From contig CAVTBU010000005.1 in assembly GCA_963733035.1 (NCBI GenBank), forward strand, positions 1,408,001 to 1,472,000: 64,000 nucleotides of DNA, given 5' to 3'. Numbering within the stretch: position 1 is the stretch's first letter; every line of letters begins with the position of its first letter. A model generated the notes under the pieces. The model was not told the DNA's origin. It was given only the letters and a program-made list of their open reading frames with translations, and did no database searches. The translations under genes and the position numbers were made by a program. The DNA is from Pirellulales bacterium. GTDB taxonomy: Bacteria; Planctomycetota; Planctomycetia; Pirellulales; PALSA-1355. Positions 52,393 through 62,149 of the stretch are shown one piece after another.

Positions 52393-53772
52393 CTATAGCA
52401 GGTGCCGCGCCTTGATCTCGAGGTAGCGGTTTACCAGCGGGGCGGTCATCTGTTCTGGGAACACGTCGAGCGACAGCACGCCCTGGCTGTCCAAGTCGCG
52501 AAGCACGCTGGCCCGCCAATGGACGATATCTTGCGCCGCGGCGGCCTCGTAGATTTGGGCCAGTTCGTGCGACGGCGATGCCACGGCGGCGTCGAAGATC
52601 GCATGGTCTCGCAGCAGGACGCCCAGCGGCAGGTGTCGGCCCACCAGACTCGTGAGGTAGCGGCTGATCTGATTCGAGTTGACTTCATCGATGACGTTCG
52701 TAATGAGCACGACCAGCGAACGTTTTCGACAGCGGGCATTGAGATAAACGAACGCCTCGTCGTAGCGAGATTCAACCAGTCGCGGAAAGCGATCGAACGA
52801 GGCGTGCAGCAGGCGGTTCATCTGATGCATGCCGCCCCGCGGTGGGACGAAAGCCTGCACTTCGTCGGAAAAGCAGAGCAAGCCAACGGAGTCTCCCTTG
52901 TTCAGGGCGATGAAGCTGAGCATCAGCGCTGCGTTGAACGCGTGGTCGAGCAGACTAATGCCCTCGGCGGTGTTGGTCATCATGCGTCCGCAATCGACCA
53001 GGAACACGACCCGCTGGCTTTGGTTGGCCTGGAAGTCCTTGACGGTGAGCTTGCCGCGGCGGGCTGTGCTTCGCCAATCGATGAACTTGTAGTTGTCGTC
53101 AAGCGTGTAATCGCGGAGCCGCTCGAATTCGTTGTCCTGACCGATCCGCCGCGTGCGCCGCAGTCCCACCAGGTTCAAGCGGTCCACGCGAGCCAGTAGC
53201 GAGTACTCGCGCAGCTGCCGCATATCGGGATAGACGTGAAGGTCGTTTTCGGCCGGATACTGAAAGTCTCGCTGCCAGAGCCGCAGGCGGCTGATGGCGC
53301 GCAGGTAGATCGCCTGCAACTGAAACTTGCCCCGCCGCGAAGCCGTCAGCTGGTAGTGAAACGTCGAACGGCTGATGGCCGGCAGCCGCACGTGAAACTG
53401 CTCACGGTCGGCTTCGCATTCGCCCGGCACGTCGTCGCGAACCCAAACGTCCAGGTCGCGCTGTGCGCGGTTGGAGACGGTTAACTTCACCGGATGCGGA
53501 CTTTGCAGGGACGCGACGCGCTGAATCTCGCGCTGGGCGGAAAATGCCCGGTGGCGTGGCAAAGTGAATATGTCGGCGAATATTACCAGGACGACCAACG
53601 CGTCGAGAGCCAACAACGGCGGCAGCAATTGACGGCCGGCCAAAAGGGCCGTCGAGGCCAGCGCGGGCACCATCGCCAGCCAAACCGCGGCGCAACGCGG
53701 ATAGATTGACCACAGTCGGCCCAAGACGAGCAGCCCCAGCGGTAGCAGCGAGATGAGCATCAACGGGTTCAC
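52393..53772 (-). CDS. DUF58 (VWA-like) protein
   Basis: EFERLRDY..D..IDWRSTARRG, DCGRMM. Confidence 0.92.
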   Translation of the reverse strand: MNPLMLISLLPLGLLVLGRLWSIYPRCAAVWLAMVPALASTALLAGRQLLPPLLALDALVVLVIFADIFTLPRHRAFSAQREIQRVASLQSPHPVKLTVSNRAQRDLDVWVRDDVPGECEADREQFHVRLPAISRSTFHYQLTASRRGKFQLQAIYLRAISRLRLWQRDFQYPAENDLHVYPDMRQLREYSLLARVDRLNLVGLRRTRRIGQDNEFERLRDYTLDDNYKFIDWRSTARRGKLTVKDFQANQSQRVVFLVDCGRMMTNTAEGISLLDHAFNAALMLSFIALNKGDSVGLLCFSDEVQAFVPPRGGMHQMNRLLHASFDRFPRLVESRYDEAFVYLNARCRKRSLVVLITNVIDEVNSNQISRYLTSLVGRHLPLGVLLRDHAIFDAAVASPSHELAQIYEAAAAQDIVHWRASVLRDLDSQGVLSLDVFPEQMTAPLVNRYLEIKARHLL

Positions 53773-54851
53773 AGCCGCGGCACCTCGACCGAACGGACCA
53801 GGTCTCGCAATTGCTCGTCGGTGGTTTGACCCTCGACTTCCGCTTCGGCGGTGAGTATGACGCGGTGCCTGAGCGCCGGCAGCACGATGTCAACCACGTC
53901 GTCTGGCACGACGAAATCGCGGCCGCGAAATGCCGCCAGGGTCCGCGAGCCTTGCACCAACGCGATGCCCGCCCGGGGCGAAGCCCCCAGGTGGAATTGC
54001 GGCCAGGAGCGCGTCATGCGAACCAGCTGATTGATGTAGGCGAAGAGTTGATCTTCAATGTGCACACTGCTACACAACGTGGTGATCTCCACGACTTCCT
54101 CCGGCGTCGTGACCGTCTGCAGCGTACTGGCCAGTCGCGCGTCAAGGTCCCCTTGGCGTCCATGTTGCTTGAGGATTTGAATCTCCTCTTCGGCCGAGGG
54201 GTAGTTGGCGACGATCTTGAACATGAAGCGATCGAGCTGCGCCTCGGGCAGGTTGTAGGTGCCCTCGGATTCGAGCGGGTTTTGCGTGGCCAATACCAGG
54301 AACGGTCGCTTCAGCTTGTGGCTCGTGCGCTCCACCGTGACGCGGTATTCCTGCATGATCTCCAGCAGGGCCGCGTGCGTTTTGGCGGGCGAGCGGTTGA
54401 TTTCGTCGGCCAGCAGAAATTGTGTGAACACCGGCCCGGGCCGAAAGCGAAACTCCTGTTGTTTCATGTCGAAAATTGGCGCCCCGGTGATGTCCGAGGG
54501 CATCAGGTCGGCAGTAAATTGGATGCGCCCGCATTGGCAGCCAAGCACGCGCCCCAAGACTCTCACAAAGAGGGTTTTGCCCAAGCCGGGCACGCTCTCG
54601 ATCAGTACGTGTCCGCTTGCGAAGAGCGCGACGAGCGTGCCCAGCACAAGCTCGTCCTGGCCGACGTAGATCTTGGCGACTTCGCCGGTGATGCGATCGT
54701 AGAGCGATTTGATGCGTGCCACCTGGGTCGCCGTGGGACGATCGCCAGGCGCCGCGCGGTCCACGGGGGCCGGTGCCGCGGGTTGGGGATCGGTCGGTCG
54801 CGGCGCGTTGGATGGAGACCACGAAAATGGTGAGCGAGGATCTTCAGTCAT
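53769..54851 (-). CDS. moxR: MoxR family AAA+ ATPase
   Basis: PGLGKT, IQFTADLMPSD, LADEINR, ATQNP.E.EGTY.LPEAQLDRF, GASPRA. Confidence 0.96.
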   Translation of the reverse strand: MTEDPRSPFSWSPSNAPRPTDPQPAAPAPVDRAAPGDRPTATQVARIKSLYDRITGEVAKIYVGQDELVLGTLVALFASGHVLIESVPGLGKTLFVRVLGRVLGCQCGRIQFTADLMPSDITGAPIFDMKQQEFRFRPGPVFTQFLLADEINRSPAKTHAALLEIMQEYRVTVERTSHKLKRPFLVLATQNPLESEGTYNLPEAQLDRFMFKIVANYPSAEEEIQILKQHGRQGDLDARLASTLQTVTTPEEVVEITTLCSSVHIEDQLFAYINQLVRMTRSWPQFHLGASPRAGIALVQGSRTLAAFRGRDFVVPDDVVDIVLPALRHRVILTAEAEVEGQTTDEQLRDLVRSVEVPRL

Positions 54852-54857
54852 CAGCGA

Positions 54858-56093
54858 TCAATGGCCTCTCTGTTCTCGAGGAAGCGCCGGCGGTCGCCGC
54901 GCGAGATTTGCACGAGTCTCAATTGACGGAGGTATGGATGCAGTGGGCGCGCCTAGCGCGGCATGTTCCGACCTTGAAGCACCCTGCCGGGTCGCATTCG
55001 CGTCGGGAGGCAACGCCTTGGTTCTTGCCAGTAGCTTTCCCACGGCCGCCACGTGTTTGGCGAAATCGGCGGTGGACTCCGGCGGTGGTTGCTTTGGCCG
55101 CCCGAAGACCGGCCAGCGGGCAAAACAGAAGATGACCCCCACGGCGGCCAATTGCAAGAGAATCGCCCCCAGCGGCCACCCGCGAAACAAGGTCCACAGC
55201 GAATTGTCGGTGTAGGGGGGATCAATCGGCGGGCCGCCCGGACCGCTTTCGAGAAACACGACTTCCGCGGGCTCGCCGGCCGCGTCGATAAGCTTTTCGG
55301 CCAGCTTGCGACGTTCGTGGTTCACCAGCGGAAGGTTGAGCAGGAAAGAACCATTGGCTACCAGCAGAACCTGACTGTCGGCCCAGTGGCGTTTCGATAG
55401 CCGCGACACGATGGGCTCGCCTTGCGACGTAAGGAGTTGCCGCGTGGCGATGACTGGCTTCATCCGCGTGCGCAACTCCAGGTTCGCTTTGGCTGCGTCG
55501 ATTCCCCTGGCCCAAGGCCCAGCCAGATCGTGCCCCTCTCTAGCCGGTTTCTTTTCGTATCGGAACCATTCCGAGTTTGCGTCTTCCGGCAGCTTGGTGG
55601 ACGGTTCGAAGTCGGGAAGTTTTGGGAGCTTTTTTTCGTCGCCCGCGCCGGGCTGCTGTTTTTGGGATTTCTGCCGGTGCTCGGACAGGAACCTAAAGTA
55701 CTCGGGGGTAGCGCTGAAATCGCGCCCCACGTAGACCAGCGTTCGAGCGGGGTATTCCGCCAACCAGGCATCGAACCACTGGCAGACATCTTCGCTTGGC
55801 GGAGCGTAGTCATTGGGAAACCAGACCACGACATCGGCGTCGACCATCTCGTCGGTAACCAGCGTCCGGCGGAAGTGCACGTCGTGTCCCGCCTGCTCGA
55901 ACATGGCGGCCAGCACGTCCGTGCCGTTGACGCTGCCGGACTGTCCCGGCCGGCGATGCCGCCCGTAGACGGTCTCCAGTTCCTCTCGTCCACAACCCTG
56001 CAGGAGGACGGCCAGCAGCGCAAACCCAACGACCATTCGACCCGCCAACACGGGGAAGGGACGAAAAACAGTGTTTGAACGTGGCAGCATCAT
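54858..56093 (-). CDS. DUF4350-like protein (possible lipoprotein)
   Basis: LQGC lipobox-like motif, C-terminal TM plus FGRP, position in the MoxR operon. Confidence 0.7.
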   Translation of the reverse strand: MMLPRSNTVFRPFPVLAGRMVVGFALLAVLLQGCGREELETVYGRHRRPGQSGSVNGTDVLAAMFEQAGHDVHFRRTLVTDEMVDADVVVWFPNDYAPPSEDVCQWFDAWLAEYPARTLVYVGRDFSATPEYFRFLSEHRQKSQKQQPGAGDEKKLPKLPDFEPSTKLPEDANSEWFRYEKKPAREGHDLAGPWARGIDAAKANLELRTRMKPVIATRQLLTSQGEPIVSRLSKRHWADSQVLLVANGSFLLNLPLVNHERRKLAEKLIDAAGEPAEVVFLESGPGGPPIDPPYTDNSLWTLFRGWPLGAILLQLAAVGVIFCFARWPVFGRPKQPPPESTADFAKHVAAVGKLLARTKALPPDANATRQGASRSEHAALGAPTASIPPSIETRANLARRPPALPREQRGH

Positions 56094-56827
56094 GTTGGCG
56101 CCCTGAGCTCCTGTTCGAACAGGGGTAGTTCGTTCCAACAGGCTTCGAAGCCGGCGCGATCGAGCGAGCGGCTTCCGAAGAAGACGCTTTCAAAAGCGAG
56201 CAGGGTGCGCTCCAAGGGCGAACGCACCGGCGCGTTGCGCGACACCTCGCGGAGGTATTGTCGATTCGTCTTCCCCTTGGCCAGCCGAATCAGCGAAAAC
56301 TTGTCGAGAGCCAACAGCTCGTAGCTGAACAGGTAGATGATCGCCTCGCTGTAGTTGCCCGCTTCGTAGTGACGGCGCGCCTGGCCCAGCAAATCACCCC
56401 GCGGTCGCTCGGCCAAGAACGTGAGCGCCTCGACTTGATCGGGAGCAAGAACCTGGTCGGTGGTCGTTCGCTGGACCTTCGGGGCTCGCTGCTGGTTGAT
56501 GGCGAACATAATCAGCAACACAACGGCGGCTGCCAGCAGCACTCCCAACAGAGACCATGCCAGGATTTCGATCAGCGGGCCGAGATTCCAGTTCACTCGG
56601 CGTGGCGAGTCTTCCTCGATCGTGATCTCCACCGGCTGGAGCGAATCGGTCTGGCTGTCGTACCAGGGATACTCGCCGTCGGTGAGCGCCTCGCGACCGG
56701 CAACGACCGCCGGATCCTCCGAAGTCTGAGCCTCGGCGCCGCGCGCGGCATCGAACCCCGGCAAGCTCCAGGCCAGCAACAGGACCAAGACGCGCAGCAC
56801 GAGGGGTAATTGACGACTGACGCTCAT
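56090..56827 (-). CDS. DUF4129-like membrane protein
   Basis: YPWYD, TM helix, GNYSEAIIYLF, GKTNRQYLRE; ATGA overlap with the upstream gene. Confidence 0.78.
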   Translation of the reverse strand: MSVSRQLPLVLRVLVLLLAWSLPGFDAARGAEAQTSEDPAVVAGREALTDGEYPWYDSQTDSLQPVEITIEEDSPRRVNWNLGPLIEILAWSLLGVLLAAAVVLLIMFAINQQRAPKVQRTTTDQVLAPDQVEALTFLAERPRGDLLGQARRHYEAGNYSEAIIYLFSYELLALDKFSLIRLAKGKTNRQYLREVSRNAPVRSPLERTLLAFESVFFGSRSLDRAGFEACWNELPLFEQELRAPT

Positions 56828-57631
56828 GCGACCTGCCTCATCAGGCGTTCGCGCCTGCGCGCGGAGAAACAACTCCACTTCCCAACCTTCATTGCGAATT
56901 CGCTGGTCGAGGTACGTGAGAAAGCGGGCCACGGTGAAATAAACCGCCACCACCCACAACACGCATTGCAAGGAGATGACCTGTCCGACCCAGCCCTGCT
57001 GCATGCCCAGCAAGACATCGAACAGCAGCGACTGACTGATCCACATCGCCACAACCAACAAGAGCGCCAATAAACCGGTTCCCATGGCCCGCACCAGGTT
57101 GTCTCCGCCGCCGCCCCGATGCATTAGCGAATTGCGTTTCATGGTCGACATCTGTCCGCCGCGCGTGACGAGCGGGTTGCGCTCGAGCAGGATGATTTCG
57201 TTCAAGTAGGGCCACAGTCCGTAGGGCACGATCCACGTCAGAATCGGAAAGATCAGTAGCGGTCGGAGAAGGACTTGAAACAGGATCAGCTGCGGCAGGC
57301 AGCTCAAAAAATCTCGGGCAATCTTCTTCGCGTCGGGGTGCTCGACAAACAAGGCTTGCCCCAGATAGAGCGTGACGGCGGCGGTTGCCAGGGGAGCCTC
57401 GCACATGACCAGCAAAATGGCAAGCATCATGCCATCGAAATCGGCGTTCTCGTTCAGCCGACTGCCGGAGTACTGGATGATGGTGTAGTTCAAGGCGATC
57501 ATCGGTAGCACGCCGACGAGGGCCGACGTGACGATGCCGCCGGCATTGGTGCGAATGACCTGCAGCGCCAGGTCCAGATTATCAGACCAGGTGCGTTCGC
57601 GGATGGCGATGCGCGATCGATCAATCTGCAC
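56824..57631 (-). CDS. Multi-pass membrane protein; apparent extra G at about 56855 fuses it to the next gene
   Basis: YLDQRIRNEGWEVEL; removing one G gives RAQRERLMRQVA* ending in an ATGA overlap. Confidence 0.75.
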
Positions 57632-58592
57632 GGGTATCCCTCCCCAACCAGCCCAGCACAAACACGTAGAAGAACAAGACCAAAGTCGAGAGAATTGCGA
57701 TGGCAGCCTTGACGGCGTAGGGCGCGCCCGAGGGGGACAAGAAACCCTCGATCAACGCGGCGAAGCAAAAGAGCACGACCGCGGTGGCCATGGTGGGCGT
57801 GGCCTCGTCGACGGCCCTGCGCAGAGACGCGCCGCGCGAAAGCCCGCCGGTGGCGATCAGCGAAAAACCCAATCGCATGCCGGCGGCCGCGGAAAAGACG
57901 ATGGCCGTCAATTCGAAGGGACCGTGGGCGGTAACAAACGTGATGAAATTGTCGCGGGCATCGACCGTGAACATATAGCCAAACATCGTACCGAGTTGGA
58001 GGGCGTTGGAAACGGTGATAAACAGGCCCCCCACGCCCAGCAGCAAGCCGCCGGCAAAACAACGCAGCCCGATGCCCGCGTTGTGAATGACATAGAATCC
58101 GCCCATCGCGCTCGAGGCGCTGGCATTGCGACCTGTGATTGGCTTGGAGAAACTTTCTTCGAGAGAGGTTAGCGCGTCGACTCCGACCACTTCCTCGCAA
58201 AACGCCCGCGACGTGTAGCCCAGCGCGAAAGCGGCGAAGAAGATTCCCCAAAAAACCGCAAAGGCCAGCCAGACGGTGCGATCGAACAAGATCCTGCGAG
58301 GAACCTCGTGAAAGAGCTCCGCGGCCCACTCATTCCAGCGGAATAGTTTGCTGCGATAGAGTTGGTTATGCGCGCGTCCCACCAGTTCATGGAGATATTG
58401 CACGGTGTGCGGCGGCAACTGGTAGGCATCGGCCAAGGCCAGATCGGCGCACGCGCTGCGATAGGCGCTGGCGAATCGCAACACTCCCGCGGGGCCGAGT
58501 CGACGCGCGCGCCCACGTTCGAGTTCGCGGCACATGGTTTCGAGTTCGGCCCAACCCTGTTGGCGGCGCTCGAGTAGTTGCGAGACCTTCAT
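57621..58592 (-). CDS. Stage II sporulation protein M (SpoIIM) family membrane protein
   Basis: YRSACADLALA, HNAGIG, AHGPFEL and AALIEGF motifs. Confidence 0.88.
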   Translation of the reverse strand: MKVSQLLERRQQGWAELETMCRELERGRARRLGPAGVLRFASAYRSACADLALADAYQLPPHTVQYLHELVGRAHNQLYRSKLFRWNEWAAELFHEVPRRILFDRTVWLAFAVFWGIFFAAFALGYTSRAFCEEVVGVDALTSLEESFSKPITGRNASASSAMGGFYVIHNAGIGLRCFAGGLLLGVGGLFITVSNALQLGTMFGYMFTVDARDNFITFVTAHGPFELTAIVFSAAAGMRLGFSLIATGGLSRGASLRRAVDEATPTMATAVVLFCFAALIEGFLSPSGAPYAVKAAIAILSTLVLFFYVFVLGWLGRDTRAD

Positions 58593-59443
58593 CGAATGGT
58601 CACCTCGGCATCCGCCGTTGCGGCGGCCTCGACGGCGGGCGACACGACGGCATCTCCCGGCGAATCGGCGATGAAGGCGCGATAGTAGAGCGCACAAAGC
58701 AGCAGGTCGGGATTCGTCTCAAGGGGCAAGCCAAATCGAGCGACCAGCGGCTCGGAAAGCGTGCGAGCGATCTCGTAGCGCCGCGCCGGCGAAAGCCGTT
58801 CGCGGCGCGCGACGTACATGCTCAACGCTTGCGCCATGTCGCGGTGAACGACGAAGCTATGCGGCAGCTGCTGGGCAAATCGCACGACTTCCGGATGCTC
58901 GAGCGGCGCCACGCCGCGAAGCTTGCTCCGGCGTTCGACCACGACGATGGTCCCGCACGTCAGATCTCCAAGCCGCTGGTAGCGGTCGTTGAGAGACATC
59001 GCCACCAGGCCGAGCATATAGAACGGAATGCCAAGCTCGGCCGGTCCCCAGATTGGCATCGCGTCGACCGCTCGCAGCACGTTTCTCAAAATAGCCTGCA
59101 TGGCGTTGATTGGCTGGCCATCGGTACTCAACACGCGGAGCCCCATCAGCCGTTTGCCGGGGGTTTGGCCGTTCCAGAAGGTTTCGAACAGACCGAAATA
59201 GAACCAGGTGACCGCAAATGCCGCCAACAGCCACAGTCCGAAGCCCAACCCACCCGGACCACCAATCGCCGCGAACATGCCGATGACGAGTAATCCGGCC
59301 AGCAGCGTGCCGACGCAAATGGCACAATCGATCAAATAGGCCGGCAGGCGGCGGAACGGCCCGGCCAGCACATAGTGGAAGGCAATGTTCTCAGGCGTGA
59401 CAATTTCGATGCGCGAGTCGAGTTGGCGCGGCGGCTGAGACAT
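58589..59443 (-). CDS. RDD family protein
   Basis: TPENI, RRLPAYLID, GQTPGK and QRLGDL motifs. Confidence 0.92.
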   Translation of the reverse strand: MSQPPRQLDSRIEIVTPENIAFHYVLAGPFRRLPAYLIDCAICVGTLLAGLLVIGMFAAIGGPGGLGFGLWLLAAFAVTWFYFGLFETFWNGQTPGKRLMGLRVLSTDGQPINAMQAILRNVLRAVDAMPIWGPAELGIPFYMLGLVAMSLNDRYQRLGDLTCGTIVVVERRSKLRGVAPLEHPEVVRFAQQLPHSFVVHRDMAQALSMYVARRERLSPARRYEIARTLSEPLVARFGLPLETNPDLLLCALYYRAFIADSPGDAVVSPAVEAAATADAEVTIR

Positions 59444-59586
59444 GCCGTCATTATTCGCCGCCTGGGGGTAACTCGCAAGTCGGGACTCTCGGAGTGCGGC
59501 ACTTGCCAGCCCTGGCCGCGGGGCTTAAGTTTCACGGTTCCCTGGAAAGATCGACAAGACGGATTCACATGCGAGGCACGAGCGCG

Positions 59587-60318
59587 ATGCGATTGGCTGG
59601 CAAGACGGCACTGATTACTGGTGGGGCAACCGGAATTGGCCTGGCAATCGCCAAGAGCTTTGCCGGCGAAGGTTGCCGCGTGGCCATCTCTGGCCGCCGC
59701 GAAGAAAAACTCAAAGCAGCGGTTGCCACCTGGCAGGGCGAGCCGCCAATCCTCATGCACAAGGTCGACGTCGCTGACCGCGATAGCGTGGCCAAACTGG
59801 TCGCCTGGGCGGAGAAGACGCTGGGGAAGATCGACATTCTGGTGAACAACGCCGGCATCAATACGCCCAAACGTTCCATGGCCGATATTCCGCCCGAAAC
59901 CTGGGACGAGGTGATGAAAGTCAACGCCACGGGTCCGTACAACTGCATCCGAGCCGTGCTGCCGATGATGCGAGCCGCCGGCGACGGGCTAATCATCAAC
60001 ATCGATTCGATCTCCGGCGTCCGCGCCCATCCTTTGGGCGGCGTGGCCTATTGTGCCTCGAAGTTCGCGATGTCGGCCCTGAGCACCGTCGTTGGCATGG
60101 AAGAAAAAAAGCACAACATCCGCGTGACAAGCATCTGCCCGGGCGAAGTCGATACGCCCCTGCTAGATGGCCGGCCGACGCCGGTTTCGGCCGAGCATCG
60201 CGCCACGATGCTCAGGCCCGAGGACGTGGCGGATGCGGCACTGATGGTGGCTTGCTTGCCGCCGCGGGCCAACGTGCACGAGCTGATCATCAAGCCGACG
60301 ACGCAGGAATACTACTGA
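59587..60318 (+). CDS. Short-chain dehydrogenase/reductase
   Basis: TGGATGIG, NNAG, YCASK. Confidence 0.95.
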   Translation: MRLAGKTALITGGATGIGLAIAKSFAGEGCRVAISGRREEKLKAAVATWQGEPPILMHKVDVADRDSVAKLVAWAEKTLGKIDILVNNAGINTPKRSMADIPPETWDEVMKVNATGPYNCIRAVLPMMRAAGDGLIINIDSISGVRAHPLGGVAYCASKFAMSALSTVVGMEEKKHNIRVTSICPGEVDTPLLDGRPTPVSAEHRATMLRPEDVADAALMVACLPPRANVHELIIKPTTQEYY

Positions 60319-60344
60319 GCGGCGACAATCGCAGGATGGTAGAT

Positions 60345-61268
60345 TCAAGCCGCTTGCAGCCGGCGACGCAGCAGATCCCGCAAGCGTCCGGTGATGCCGG
60401 CGGCTGACTTGGCCGGCAGGCACTGCGCGATGGTGGCCGCGTGTTCGCGTGGGGCGAGCGCTTTGTAGCCAATAAGTGTATTGGTATTGGCTTCCAAGCC
60501 GATTCGCTGAGGTCCGTACGCGTAGTGTGCCACCAGGGCATCGCCCACAATGCAGCAGGGTCGGCCGGTTTCCCGCGGCAGAATTTCGGTCACCCAGGCT
60601 TCGTCGTCACTCTCAAAGCGTCTGGCCGGCTCGGCCAAATCACTGCCCAACCAGCACATCGCGTTGATCGAGAAACGTTCGTACTGGCTGAGCTGCCAGG
60701 TGGCAAAACGATAGCGCTGGAGTTGCCCGGCGGCGCAAAGCCGAAAGAACGCTTCGTGGCAATCGCGGGCCGTCTGCCAACGTCCCCAACTCACGTTGCC
60801 CAAACATTCGTATTCGATGATCGGCAATTCGGGTAGCAAACCCATTCGCTGATGGAGATGAGAGCAAAGCGAATTGTTGACCGTGTTGGGAAACACGGCC
60901 AGGTAATCTGGATTGGCCAGACGAAACGCGAGCAATCGTTCGACCGCGCCGTCATCGATCCAGACGAGGTCGTCGTCGAACTTCAAATACAGCGTGTCGT
61001 CCTCGTCGCACTTTTGCCAAAACCAGCAGATGCGCGGAACACATGCCTTTTTGGAATAGCGAGAGCTGTCGTGCACCAACCGGAAGAAGTCGGGATATGC
61101 CGCGGCCAGTTCCTTCACAAACGACAGGTCATCGGGATCGTCGGTGTTGATCCAAAAGTGGTGCTCGTCGATGAGTCCCCGCAGAGCAAGCAGATGGTGC
61201 GCCAGAATTTCGACGTAGCGATGCCGCCCATAGGGTGTCACCGACACCACTCTTCGTCCCTGATACAT
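60345..61268 (-). CDS. Glycosyltransferase-like (GT-A, DxD) hypothetical protein
   Basis: GRHRY, WINT, YLKFDDDLVW, RFSIN, DDE, HYAYGPQ. Confidence 0.6.
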   Translation of the reverse strand: MYQGRRVVSVTPYGRHRYVEILAHHLLALRGLIDEHHFWINTDDPDDLSFVKELAAAYPDFFRLVHDSSRYSKKACVPRICWFWQKCDEDDTLYLKFDDDLVWIDDGAVERLLAFRLANPDYLAVFPNTVNNSLCSHLHQRMGLLPELPIIEYECLGNVSWGRWQTARDCHEAFFRLCAAGQLQRYRFATWQLSQYERFSINAMCWLGSDLAEPARRFESDDEAWVTEILPRETGRPCCIVGDALVAHYAYGPQRIGLEANTNTLIGYKALAPREHAATIAQCLPAKSAAGITGRLRDLLRRRLQAA

Positions 61269-61370
61269 GGCTGGTACATCCGTGCGGTTGAGAGCGCCGC
61301 CCGCGTCCTCCATACCCCGAGGCGCCAGGAGGGGAATTTTGGAGAAAAGGCGGAAATCGGTCAATGGCAG

Positions 61371-62087
61371 TTACAGCACCTGGAGCAGCGAATCCACTGC
61401 TTGTTCCAGTTTTTCGCGGTCGACGCCAGAGGCGATTCGGACGCGACATGCCAATAGCAAGAGTGCCGCCTGTTCGCACGTAGCCTGACTGGGATTGCGG
61501 AGGAGTTTTGACGGTTCCGAGATATTGGACTGTGCCATTGCCTCCTTCGTAAACCGCATTAGCACGTCTGCGGTGTCCGTATCCACGTGGGCGGGGTCGG
61601 CTGCGATTCCTAACAGCTCGCCGCAGATCTCGCGAATTCGCTTTTCCCTTTTTGGAACGACGAGTGTTGCGTAATAGGTGGGTAACCCAATCAACACACC
61701 CGTGCCCAATAAGACCACGGAGATGGACAAAAGGTACTCTTGCAGCGGGTCATTTGACACTTGCGGCATCTTTGGTGATGCCACCAGCGCGATCATCAAA
61801 CCAAGAAAACCGAACATTAGCAACGCTGCGGCCACGAAGCGAATATAAGCCATGACGACAGACAGCCGATCAACGCGAGCGAGCCGCAAGCCTACTATCG
61901 AACGACTGCTTTGCGATGCGACGAGCGGAATTCCTCGTATCGATTCTTTCCCCAGCCGCGCGAGATAGTACGACTCCAGCGGGAACAAGGGGATCAACTG
62001 CAACATCACAAACTTCGTGACGACCGGGGTCGAGCCGACTTTGCGCACCGCGCCGTATGTTTCGCTGCCAGCTACGACAGTTACCAT
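61371..62087 (-). CDS. Hypothetical 2-TM protein
   Basis: VVTKF..IPLFPLESY followed by two TM helices. Confidence 0.7.
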   Translation of the reverse strand: MVTVVAGSETYGAVRKVGSTPVVTKFVMLQLIPLFPLESYYLARLGKESIRGIPLVASQSSRSIVGLRLARVDRLSVVMAYIRFVAAALLMFGFLGLMIALVASPKMPQVSNDPLQEYLLSISVVLLGTGVLIGLPTYYATLVVPKREKRIREICGELLGIAADPAHVDTDTADVLMRFTKEAMAQSNISEPSKLLRNPSQATCEQAALLLLACRVRIASGVDREKLEQAVDSLLQVL

Positions 62088-62149
62088 GCAATTACTCGCA
62101 GGCATCGGGAGTGGAGAAACAGGGAAACCACTTCAACGCCTTTCGACCT

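Noticed and set aside
56090..57661. 523-aa apparent fusion of a TM protein and DUF4129
   Set aside because: Removing one G at about 56855 restores a stop with an ATGA overlap like the rest of the operon; likely an indel error
57621..58592. Sporulation function for the SpoIIM-family gene
   Set aside because: The family is widespread in non-sporulating bacteria and here belongs to the MoxR operon
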